From assembly GCF_003063645.1 (NCBI RefSeq), contig NZ_NESJ01000017.1, forward strand, positions 5,181 to 37,180: a stretch of 32,000 nucleotides of DNA. The letters run 5' to 3'. Positions 15,865 through 23,654 of this stretch are shown piece by piece; the first letter of the stretch is position 1; each line of letters begins with the position of its first letter. Source of the DNA: Limnohabitans sp. 2KL-51. Its GTDB lineage: Bacteria; Pseudomonadota; Gammaproteobacteria; Burkholderiales; Burkholderiaceae_C. The position numbers were made by a program, and so were the translations under genes. Below the pieces are notes generated by a model. It ran no database searches, was not told the DNA's origin, and worked only from the letters and a program-made list of their open reading frames with translations.

Positions 15865-16533
15865 ATGGCAGCGGCAGCGAGAACGACAAAAGATATCATT
15901 CAAGCATACCGAACGGTGCGGCAAGTTGAAGCATTAGCACAAGCAAAGTTGGATGCGCTGCTTGAGACAAACGCACTCTACAAGTTGTTTGAACCAGATA
16001 CAAAGCATCCTTACTATGCGTTGGCAAGTGCTGGTAAAAATATGCTTGCTGCTTTTGAATCGAGTATCGCTGGTGTAAGGGAATGGACGATTGGCAGTGG
16101 AACAATTAGCGAAGAACTGGACAAAGTCAAAGCACGGCAGATAGTAAATGAAGAAGAAGAAGATGCTGAATTGGATGCATTGCGAATAATTCAGCCAGTT
16201 GCAATGACCGAAGCAGAAGTAGCAGATAAATTGATGTCAGCCTACTACTCTGCTTGTGCTGTTTGGATCAAAGTAAAAGAAAGTGTATTAAAAGCAGAAT
16301 TGTCCGATTTGTATGGCAAAAAGAACATCAATTTGCACAAAGAAAAACCTGAAGTAAAACTAACAAAAGAAGCAAATGCTGCGATTCGTCAAATCTTGAA
16401 AATTGCCAAACAACTGAGAGACTATGGAAATGGCAGCAGCACTATTCTAGTAGAACTGGAAAAGAAACAGGTTATGCGTGGATTGTCTGGACAAGGAAAA
16501 GATGCGTTGATTGAATTGATGTTGAAGCCGTAA
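15865..16533 (+). CDS. Hypothetical protein (222 aa)
   Basis: GGAG RBS and a long ORF. I recognise no motif. Confidence 0.65.
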   Translation: MAAAARTTKDIIQAYRTVRQVEALAQAKLDALLETNALYKLFEPDTKHPYYALASAGKNMLAAFESSIAGVREWTIGSGTISEELDKVKARQIVNEEEEDAELDALRIIQPVAMTEAEVADKLMSAYYSACAVWIKVKESVLKAELSDLYGKKNINLHKEKPEVKLTKEANAAIRQILKIAKQLRDYGNGSSTILVELEKKQVMRGLSGQGKDALIELMLKP

Positions 16534-17106
16534 TCAAACCAACTCAACTGCACGCCGTTTGACATCGTCATTGACGGTGATGTAGCGTTGTGTAGTTGAA
16601 ATGCTCTTGTGTCCAGCAAGTGATGCAAGAACGAACACTGAAACGCCTTGACTTGCAAGTGAAGTGAGAAATGTCTTGCGACCACTGTGCGAACTGGCAC
16701 CACTAACGCCAGCCTTTCGATACAGCCAATAAAAGTGTTGTGCCAGTGTGTTGGGTGAGAAACTGCAGCGTGGTCCGCGATGTGTGGGGAACAAAGGCAA
16801 TGCTGGGTCTTTGTTGGTGCGTGTAGCAATGTAGTCTGCCAACTCTTGTTGCAAACGGCTGTTGATGTAGATAGTGCGAGCGTGTTGGTGTTTGACACGA
16901 TGAGCAGCAAGAAAAACCTCACTACGCACACAGCCCTTGCTGTCTAAAACATCACCCAGTGTCAGTCCTGCAACTTCTGAAACACGAAGTCCTGCTGCAA
17001 CCGTCATCATCAGCATTGCCCTGTTGCGTTTTGCGTAGGGTTGAGTTGATGTGTAAGTGAGCACTCGATCAAGTTCTGCGGGTGTAAGTGATTTTGCTGT
17101 TGCCAT
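16534..17106 (-). CDS. Short (190 aa) catalytic-domain-only tyrosine recombinase
   Basis: ATG at 17106 lies 6 nt after GGAG; the listed TTG at 17118 is less likely. A full catalytic set can be read: R (GLRVSE), K (RVKHQHARTIYI), HxxR (SSHSGRKTF), H (AGHKSI), Y (TQRY). There is no N-terminal core-binding or arm domain; the size class matches FimB/FimE-type recombinases. Confidence 0.85.
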   Translation of the reverse strand: MATAKSLTPAELDRVLTYTSTQPYAKRNRAMLMMTVAAGLRVSEVAGLTLGDVLDSKGCVRSEVFLAAHRVKHQHARTIYINSRLQQELADYIATRTNKDPALPLFPTHRGPRCSFSPNTLAQHFYWLYRKAGVSGASSHSGRKTFLTSLASQGVSVFVLASLAGHKSISTTQRYITVNDDVKRRAVELV

Positions 17107-17986
17107 ATGTTGCTCCAAATAATGTGCGTGAAATAAGTGTGCGTTCTTATCGGTGATGAGGACAAGTGAAACCCGATGCTTTGGCGGGTTGATAGCGATC
17201 TGTTCAAAAACAAGAGGTTGCGTTGCCGTCCAAGTAGTTTGTGTATTCTGTTATCTCTCAAGTATTTACGCTGCAGCGTGGGTAGTGAGCAACGAAACGA
17301 GCAAGAACGCATAAAACGCCCTGCAACGGCGTTTTGACCGCCGCCAGCATCGCAGCGAGCAAGGACGAAAAGATCACCGCGTGTAGGGCTGATTTGAGGT
17401 GCTGCTGCGTGTTTGTGCCCAAAAGTCAGTTGCTGCACCAAAAAATCTGCTGCGTAATTTCTGCGTGGTTGCGAGATCTCACCACCTGGTGATTTGCACT
17501 AACACGGGTGTTGAACAAGAGTGTGGTCATACTTTCGTTTGACCGATGTTTTGCTGACAGATGAAACAAGGGTGTAGAGCGAACTGGCGTTCGCTGTGCT
17601 GTCGTAATGCTCAAGTCGCTTCGCTCCATCGCATTACTCAGCACCACTTGCTTCGCGTTCGGTGTTTGGTATTGACTGGTTTGGGAAAGTTTTGAGCAAA
17701 CGACGGCTATGTCATCGAAAGATGAACAGAAGCCGCCGTGTCGTTCTGGTCAGTGCAAAGCCCATCGCAGGACGAGATTGAAAGAGTTTGACGCAAGACG
17801 AATGTATTGAAACTTGCAAACTGCTTCTGCATTGATTTGCATTGCAGCAACTCTGCGGCTCACTCAATGCAACAAGCCTCCAATCCAACCTGTTGCGAGT
17901 GCGGGGTCATTAGCCGTCATATTACAACCCGCGTTTGTTCCCTTTGTTTGAGCAGTGGAGTATCTGCTGTAGTAGTGCCTGAATGT
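17107..17986. other. ~880-nt ORF-poor, hairpin-rich spacer (candidate ncRNA or cis-acting recombination/regulatory region)
   Basis: Only weak ORFs occur here: two of 73 aa (one running past 17986) and a TTG-initiated 143-aa ORF overlapping the recombinase start. Hairpins lie at 17313-17335, 17479-17492, 17578-17595, 17604-17637 and 17699-17745 (the last with a GAAA tetraloop). Confidence 0.4.
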
Positions 17987-18310
17987 TTAGTGTTGTGCCT
18001 GTGCCAAATGTCGGTGCTGTTTGAATAGTTGTCTGTTGATTTTGCTGCTGATGTTGAGAATGGGATTGGCTGCTGTGGGTTTGAGTTTTATTCTTGTGTT
18101 CTTGTGTGCCATTTGATGCTGAAATGTTTCCAGTGTCGTGCGTTGATATTGGGTCAGTAGGTTGCTGTGTTGTGTGAGTAGAGCGTGTGCCTGTTGTTGT
18201 GCCTGTAGTAGTCGAATGTGCGTAGTGCCAAATGTCTGGACAGCAATGCCGTTGTCTCGCAACCAGTCTGCTGTCAGTCCGTCATCCATAAAGTTCTTGT
18301 ATTTGTTCAT
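17987..18310 (-). CDS. Hypothetical Gln/His-rich protein (start uncertain; the ORF extends to 18385)
   Basis: ORF of 107-132 aa. None of the candidate starts (GTG 18385, ATG 18310, ATG 18289) has a clear SD. Confidence 0.45.
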   Translation of the reverse strand: MNKYKNFMDDGLTADWLRDNGIAVQTFGTTHIRLLQAQQQAHALLTQHSNLLTQYQRTTLETFQHQMAHKNTRIKLKPTAANPILNISSKINRQLFKQHRHLAQAQH

Positions 18311-18463
18311 ACAAGTATTTAGCAACGACCAAACAATGCCTGTGTAAAAGTGAATGATTGTTTGGTGTGTGTGGCACTTTGACACTGGACGGCATAAAGA
18401 GGTTGTCCAGATGTTGGTGATGAAAATAAAGTTAGTTCATTGCTACACAGAAAGGACAACGCA

Positions 18464-18904
18464 ATGACAGCACTGACAGGTTTGAAATTGACGGCGGCAC
18501 AGAAGCCCACGCAAATGAGCCCCGTTCAACAACGCCGCAACAAGTTGGCAAAACGCTTGTGGGAGCAAGCAGAGTTGGCGAAAGCACAGCAAACGGGTGG
18601 CACATTTGCACCCAAAAAGTTCCGCTCGATTACAGATGCGAACACTGGCGAACGCAAGCAAGTGGAAATGAGCAAACGGGTGAAGGCTTGGTGGTTTGTT
18701 GGTGATAACGGTAAGTTGGTATTGAGCGTGAGATACGGCACCAAAGTGCTTGAGTTGGCAAAGGGTAAGTGGGCAGTGGAAGTGGGTAGTGAAAAGGATT
18801 TGGTGCCCACGCTTGAACTGCTGAAGGGTGCGGTATTGGGTGGTGAGTTGGATGCACAGATTGAAGCAGCGTCCAACAAATTGCGTGAGGGCTTTGGAGG
18901 GTAA
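18464..18904 (+). CDS. Conserved hypothetical island protein (146 aa)
   Basis: AAAGGA RBS before the ATG at 18464. The sequence (SPVQQRRNKLAKRLWEQAELAKAQ...KRVKAWWF...GELDAQIE) resembles small proteins I recall from tRNA-associated islands, possibly the DUF6641 family. That recollection is unverified. Confidence 0.65.
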   Translation: MTALTGLKLTAAQKPTQMSPVQQRRNKLAKRLWEQAELAKAQQTGGTFAPKKFRSITDANTGERKQVEMSKRVKAWWFVGDNGKLVLSVRYGTKVLELAKGKWAVEVGSEKDLVPTLELLKGAVLGGELDAQIEAASNKLREGFGG

Positions 18905-18918
18905 GGATTGGGGGTAGA

Positions 18919-18983
18919 GGGTATGGTTTATTGAAAAGCACGGTTTTTGCCACGCTGCTTGGGTAGGGTGAAAAACCGTGCTT
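18919..18983 (+). repeat. Island-internal long-loop hairpin element, copy 2
   Basis: GGGTATGGTTTATTGAAAAGCACGGTTTTT, a ~20-nt loop, then GTGAAAAACCGTGCTT. Same orientation as copy 1. Confidence 0.8.
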
Positions 18984-19004
18984 ATCGATAAACAGGGGCT
19001 GTTG

Positions 19005-19373
19005 ATGCAGCAATATGTGGGCACTAAATACTTGATGAACAAATATTTGGTGACCGTGCGTTTAGGTGGGCAGTTGGTGAAAACAGCGGTCTTTGCTAAC
19101 AGCACCATCCACGCGAGACTGCTGTGTCAATACAAGTATGGGATGAACAGCATTGCTGTCAGTCCTGTGCGTGTAGATGAAGCAGAAGATGACAGCACAT
19201 TACTTGACAACACCATCAAGCCCAAGCCACCAACGACACCAGCCCAAGCCCGTATCAACTCGCTCAAGCAAGGCGTGGAGCGTAGTAGAGACCAACTACA
19301 CGCAGAACGCGAGCGACAACGACAGCAGCGTGAAGCAGAACGCAAACGCAAGCAACAACAGCAACGCTTCTAA
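19005..19373 (+). CDS. Hypothetical protein with a basic, Gln/Arg-rich C-terminus
   Basis: ORF 18978-19373. The ATG at 19005 follows AGGGG; the alternative ATG at 19035 would give MNKYLVTVRLGG. Confidence 0.55.
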   Translation: MQQYVGTKYLMNKYLVTVRLGGQLVKTAVFANSTIHARLLCQYKYGMNSIAVSPVRVDEAEDDSTLLDNTIKPKPPTTPAQARINSLKQGVERSRDQLHAERERQRQQREAERKRKQQQQRF

Positions 19374-19622
19374 CGCTGCGTAGTGCTGTGCTTGACAGCG
19401 TAGTGCAATGCTGAAATGTTGCAAAACGGCGTGAAAACGCTGGTTATGACGGCGAAATGAAGTGATTAAAAATTCTCGGCGACACGGATGAGAGGTATAG
19501 TAAAAATGGTGCGAGATACATTGACAGCAGCGTTTTACGAAACGCAGCAAAAACACGCACACCCCACTTTTGTCACGCTGCAAATGCTTGAGCAAATACG
19601 GTTTGCAGTTTGGAGAGGTGCG

Positions 19623-19668
19623 TTGAAAATCCGCGTGTCGATGGTTCGATTCCGTCCCAGGCCACCAG
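19623..19668 (+). repeat. att direct repeat copy B: displaced tRNA-Phe 3' fragment (attR of island 1, attL of island 2)
   Basis: TTGAAAATCCGCGTGTCGATGGTTCGATTCCGTCCCAGGCCACCAG. It has no tRNA 5' half, so it is not a functional gene. Confidence 0.85.
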
Positions 19669-19673
19669 ATTCA

Positions 19674-19712
19674 CCCCACAGTTTCGCAAGAGGCTGTGGG
19701 GTTTTTCTTTTT
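19674..19712 (+). terminator. Hairpin terminator element, copy 1 of 3
   Basis: CCCCACAG, loop TTTCGCAAGAGG, CTGTGGGG, then TTTTTCTTTTT. Confidence 0.7.
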
Positions 19713-19783
19713 CCGAAGCGTAAAACACACGTTGCTGCCTACGCTGTTGGAACTTTACGTTTACGTTGCTGTGACTTTGCCCT

Positions 19784-21025
19784 ATGACGCACAGCACAGA
19801 CACAGAGGTAGTGACACAGAACACGCGACTCCGCGTGTCAGTTGCCGCACTCGCAGCAGCACAGCCCAACATTTTGTATTTGCGTGACGGTGACGTGGTG
19901 TTGTACAGACGCAGCCGCAGTCTGCTGTATCAGTGCCGTTACCGACTTGCTGACGGTACTTGGCACAGAGTCAGCACACGCAAAGCGTCAGTTGAACACG
20001 CCGTTACCGTTGCGTGTGATTTGTATGACGAGTCACGCTACAGACAACGGCTGGGTTTAGCACACCGTACACACACAGTCGCACAGATTGCTGCTGTTTG
20101 CTGTGCTGAACTGCGTACAAAAATAGACGGCAGCACTGGCAAAACAGCAAGTCACGATTACCTGTCGTGTATTGAACGCTACTTTGTGCCGTACTTTGGC
20201 GAAAAATGTCTTGAACAGTTGACGCACACAGACGTGCGTGAGTTTGAGTTGTGGCGTGACAGACAGATGCGACGAAAACCAGCAACGTCAACACTCAACA
20301 ACTTTACAAGTGCGTGGAACAAGTTGATTGAAACTGCGGTGTCGCGTGGCTACATTTAAGAACGTGTGCCCGTTCCCAAGTTGACAGCACGTGGCGAGAA
20401 AGGGCGAACACGTCCAGCATTTACAGAACAAGAAGTTCAACAGTTGCTGACATTTATGGACGTGTGGCAAACGCAGGGACGTATGGAAGTTGAGAAGGAA
20501 ATACGTCCGTTGCTGCGTGACTACATTGAACTGCTGCTGTTGACAGGAATGCGACACGGCACAGAAGCAATGAACATCTGTTGGCAGCACATTGAGTGGC
20601 ACACGCACAAAGACGTACGTTACATACGCATATGGGTTGACGGCAAAACTGGCGGACGTTGGCTCATAGCAAAACACCGTGCTGTTGACGTGCTGCTGCG
20701 GCTACAGCAACGGCAAGCAGACATTAAACATTTGACGTTGGACACAGTGCTGTCAACACGTGCCACACACAAAATCTTTCGCTTCAGCAACGCCTACCAC
20801 CCGCACAGTTTTGTGGGCACGTTTAGACGCTTGATGCGTGATTCGGGTTTAGCACGGACAGCAGAGGGTGAAAACAGAACCTTGTACAGCCTACGTCACA
20901 CCTACGCTACGTTGGAACTGCTGAACAACAGCACAGACATACACACGTTGTCGAAGCAGATGGGCAACTCAGCAGCAATGATTGAGCGGCACTACTCAAA
21001 GTTGACGGCAACTATGGCGGCGTAG
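19784..21025 (+). pseudogene. Integrase of island 2, interrupted by an in-frame TAA at 20357-20359
   Basis: ORFs 19784-20359 and 20366-21025 are in the same frame and collinear with the island 1 integrase. Int1 reads GYISERVPVPKL where Int2 reads GYI*ERVPVPKL (TCA to TAA). A second stop (TAG at 21023) trims about 4 C-terminal residues relative to Int1. Confidence 0.85.
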
Positions 21026-21119
21026 AGGTTGGCTTGACAAATTTGTTGATTCTTTTTTTGAGATGTATAAGATGACGAACAGACACTAACAAATTCAACC
21101 AAACCTACTAAGGAAAAAT

Positions 21120-21452
21120 ATGAAAAATCTCATCAAATTGACATTGGCGGCAAGTGCTGTTGCTCTGCTGGCGGGCTGTGCTACGCCGACAGTAACGCAG
21201 GTTGTAAAGCCAGGTGATACAGGTCTTACTTGTGCTCAGATGCAAAACGAATTTGCTGATGTGCAGCGATTGAAAAAAGAAGCAGATGCCGAAAAAAGTG
21301 TAACAGGTGGAAATGTGGTCCGTGCATTATTTTTCTGGCCCGCAATCATCGGCACTGCTATGAATGCAAATGAAGCGATTGCTGCTGCTGACAACCGTAG
21401 CGTTCACTTAAGCAACTTGATGGCGCAAAAGAAATGCGAAGTTCCAAAGTAA
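21120..21452 (+). CDS. Lipoprotein (hypothetical, 110 aa)
   Basis: AAGGA RBS; lipobox LLAGC. Confidence 0.7.
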   Translation: MKNLIKLTLAASAVALLAGCATPTVTQVVKPGDTGLTCAQMQNEFADVQRLKKEADAEKSVTGGNVVRALFFWPAIIGTAMNANEAIAAADNRSVHLSNLMAQKKCEVPK

Positions 21453-21531
21453 AAAATTGAGTGTTGACTATGACAGCGTATGAATAATACACATTTAGAA
21501 ATACGCTGTTCAACATAATCGAAAGTCAGAA

Positions 21532-22236
21532 ATGAAAAACACAATCAAACTCTTACTCGCAACTGCCAGTGTTACGTTGCTCGCAGCATGTGGAGGTGGT
21601 GGCGGTGGAACTCCTGCTCCTGTTGCATCAACATCTACGTTCGATCTTCGAGCAGCCTACGTTGCTTTATACACAACGCCTTCATCAAATCAATTTACTT
21701 TGAATGGCACAGTCAATGGAGTAAGTGTCACAGGATCTGGCACGGCAACTTCGGGTGCTGTGACGACAGGAACTTTTGAAGGTTTGCAATCTTTACAACG
21801 TTCACAAACAATTTCCGCAACACTCTCAGGTAACGGTCAAACCTTACCATTGACCGTTACATCAACTGACTGGACTGACAGCAACTATGTGCCGCGAGGC
21901 TCAACTGGTGATGAATATGAAGTTGTTGTAGGGACACCAACCATTCCAACAACTGCACGTGTAAACGACACAGGTGTTTTGTATACGGCAACCTTGTATC
22001 CGGACAGCCGTAAGCAGTATCGAACTGGTAGTGTGGTTGCTTCTTATGTTGTAGAACCTGAAACAGCAACAACGGCAATAGTGAAGTTGATTCGTACATC
22101 TCGCGATACAAACTCAACTATTACAGACATCTCAACAGGTTCTTTTAGAATCGATGCGACAAACAGATTTGTTCGGTTGAATGAGTCACTGATTTCTATA
22201 TCTGATGCATCAACCCTGACCGTGACGTATCGATAA
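21532..22236 (+). CDS. Lipoprotein (hypothetical, Thr/Ser/Gly-rich, 234 aa)
   Basis: Lipobox LLAAC followed by a Gly linker. A 10-bp-stem hairpin lies downstream (CCGCAACTCA/TGAGTTGCGG, about 22248-22273). Confidence 0.7.
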   Translation: MKNTIKLLLATASVTLLAACGGGGGGTPAPVASTSTFDLRAAYVALYTTPSSNQFTLNGTVNGVSVTGSGTATSGAVTTGTFEGLQSLQRSQTISATLSGNGQTLPLTVTSTDWTDSNYVPRGSTGDEYEVVVGTPTIPTTARVNDTGVLYTATLYPDSRKQYRTGSVVASYVVEPETATTAIVKLIRTSRDTNSTITDISTGSFRIDATNRFVRLNESLISISDASTLTVTYR

Positions 22237-22302
22237 TATGTTTACCGCAACTCATTATTGTAGTGAGTTGCGGCTACAGACTTTACAAACATAGGAACTG
22301 AA

Positions 22303-22350
22303 ATGGCAACAGAAAAACTTGACCCACGTGCTGCTCTGAGGGTGTCCTAA
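22303..22350 (+). pseudogene. 5' stub of a gene truncated by the IS insertion (speculative)
   Basis: AGGAACTGAAATG matches the RBS-start context of the island 1 H-NS-like gene (GGAGCAACTGAAATG). The frame (MATEKLDPRAAL) runs into the IS left end at 22338 and stops inside it. Confidence 0.3.
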
Positions 22351-23654
22351 ATTTTGTGTAAACGGTCAAATGGCAGGAAACTGCCGAACATCCAGAAAGA
22401 TGAACCATGACCGTAAGCAACGAATTGATCGACCAGCTGCTGGCTGGCTACAAAAAGCCTGAAGACCTCATTAGCGAGAACGGCCTGCTCAAGCAGCTGA
22501 CCAAGCGCCTGGTTGAGCGTGCCTTGGAGGCCGAGATGACCGAGCACCTGGGCCACACCAAGAACGCCAGCGTGGCCAACGCCGCTGGCAACGCCCGCAA
22601 CGGCAAAAGCAAAAAGACTCTCAAAGGCGACTTTGGCGAACTGCCCATCGACGTCCCCCGTGACCGCCATGCCAGCTTTGAGCCTCAGATCGTGCCCAAG
22701 CACCAGACTCGCTGGACGGGCTTTGACGACAAGATCCTGTCCCTGTACGCCCGTGGCATGACCGTTCGGGAGATACAGGGGCATCTGCAAGAGATGTACG
22801 GCGCCGAGGTCTCGCCCAGCCTGATCTCCACTGTCACTGATGCCGTGATGGACGAAGCCAAGGCGTGGCAGGGCAGGCCACTGGAGTCGTTGTACCCGAT
22901 CGTTTATCTGGACTGCATCCATGTCAAAACTCGCGACTCAGGCGCGGTCAGAGCCAAGGCGGTTTACCTGGCGCTGGGCATCAACATTGCGGGCGAGAAG
23001 GAAATCCTGGGCCTATGGATCGCCCAAACCGAAGGCGCCAAGTTCTGGCTGCAGGTGGTCACGGAGCTCAAAAACCGGGGGGTGGCCGACATCTTCATCG
23101 CCTGCGTGGATGGTTTGGAGGGCTTTCCAGAGGCAATTGAGGCGGTGTATCCGCAAACGGCGGTGCAGCTGTGCGTGGTGCACATGGTGCGCCACAGCCT
23201 GAACTATGTGAGCTGGAAAATGCGCAAAGAGGTGGCCGCTGATTTGAAGGCCATCTATAGCGCTGCAACTGCAGACGAAGCGCTGCAGCGGCTGCAAGAG
23301 TTCGAGGACCAGTGGGGCCAAGGCTACCCGACCATTGTGAAATCGTGGCGCAGCAACTGGCAGCGGATCGTGCCGTTCTTTGAGTATCCGCCAGAGATTC
23401 AGCAAATCATTTACACGACCAACGCCATCGAGTCGGTGAACATGAGCCTGCGCAAGGTGACCAAGAGCCGTAGCTCGTTCCCCAGCGATGAGGCGTTGCT
23501 CAAATTGTTTTACTTGGCGCTGAACAACATCAGCAAGAAGTGGACGATGCCGCTCAGAGATTGGAAAGCCGCCTTAACCCGGTTTACCATTCAGTTCGAA
23601 GGCAGGATGCCCTAAGACTGATCCCAGCCCCGTTTACACAAAACTCTACACCCT
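22338..23654 (+). mobile_element. IS256-family insertion sequence (~1.3 kb)
   Basis: Imperfect terminal inverted repeats: GAGGGTGTCCTAAATTTTGTGTAAACGG at the left end, and the reverse complement of the right end reads GAGGGTGTAGAGTTTTGTGTAAACGG. It has a single transposase ORF and no matching flanking 8-9-bp duplication (TGCTGCTCT versus GCGTGTCAG). Confidence 0.85.
22407..23615 (+). CDS. IS256-family (mutator-type) DDE transposase
   Basis: 402-aa ORF with the typical family layout (LKQLTKRLVERALEAEMTEHLG..., YPIVYLDCIHVK, IFIACVDGLEGFPEAIEAVYP, IYTTNAIES). Confidence 0.92.
   Translation: MTVSNELIDQLLAGYKKPEDLISENGLLKQLTKRLVERALEAEMTEHLGHTKNASVANAAGNARNGKSKKTLKGDFGELPIDVPRDRHASFEPQIVPKHQTRWTGFDDKILSLYARGMTVREIQGHLQEMYGAEVSPSLISTVTDAVMDEAKAWQGRPLESLYPIVYLDCIHVKTRDSGAVRAKAVYLALGINIAGEKEILGLWIAQTEGAKFWLQVVTELKNRGVADIFIACVDGLEGFPEAIEAVYPQTAVQLCVVHMVRHSLNYVSWKMRKEVAADLKAIYSAATADEALQRLQEFEDQWGQGYPTIVKSWRSNWQRIVPFFEYPPEIQQIIYTTNAIESVNMSLRKVTKSRSSFPSDEALLKLFYLALNNISKKWTMPLRDWKAALTRFTIQFEGRMP

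Larger units (their letters stand above)
13008..19668. mobile_element. Genomic island 1 (~6.7 kb) integrated at the 3' end of tRNA-Phe
   Basis: Bounded by att copies A and B, with the integrase gene next to attL. There is an abrupt drop in G+C and a codon-usage change relative to the flanks. Confidence 0.85.

Noticed and set aside
17010-17441. 143-aa ORF on the - strand overlapping the recombinase start
   Set aside because: It would start at TTG with no SD, overlaps the recombinase N-terminus out of frame, and is rich in His/Gln/Arg/Ser/Cys with no motif. Treated as noncoding.
17430-17851. 9-bp inverted repeat GTTGCTGCA / TGCAGCAAC about 405 bp apart, considered as a fim-like invertible switch for the small recombinase
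   Set aside because: By rough estimate, about one 9-bp inverted repeat is expected by chance in an 870-bp region. No longer flanking symmetry was found, so it is not reported as a finding on its own.
17807-18028. 73-aa Cys-rich ORF (+) and the 73-aa ORF at 17426-17647 (-) in the spacer
   Set aside because: Both have non-ATG or SD-less starts and odd composition, and their lengths are what chance would give in ~47 % GC DNA.
17972-18241. Direct repeats TTGTGCCTGT and GTGCCAAATGTC within 17987-18385
   Set aside because: They fall inside the - strand ORF and correspond to a repeated Gln/Ala/His peptide (LQAQQQAH versus LAQAQH). This is most simply an internal coding duplication, not a regulatory array.
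19488-19887. Small ORFs spanning att copy B (19488-19787 +, 19573-19872 -, 19696-19887 +), and similar ORFs around att copy C (23540-23975)
   Set aside because: They read through the tRNA fragment and terminator hairpin, so they are almost certainly noncoding att/arm regions.
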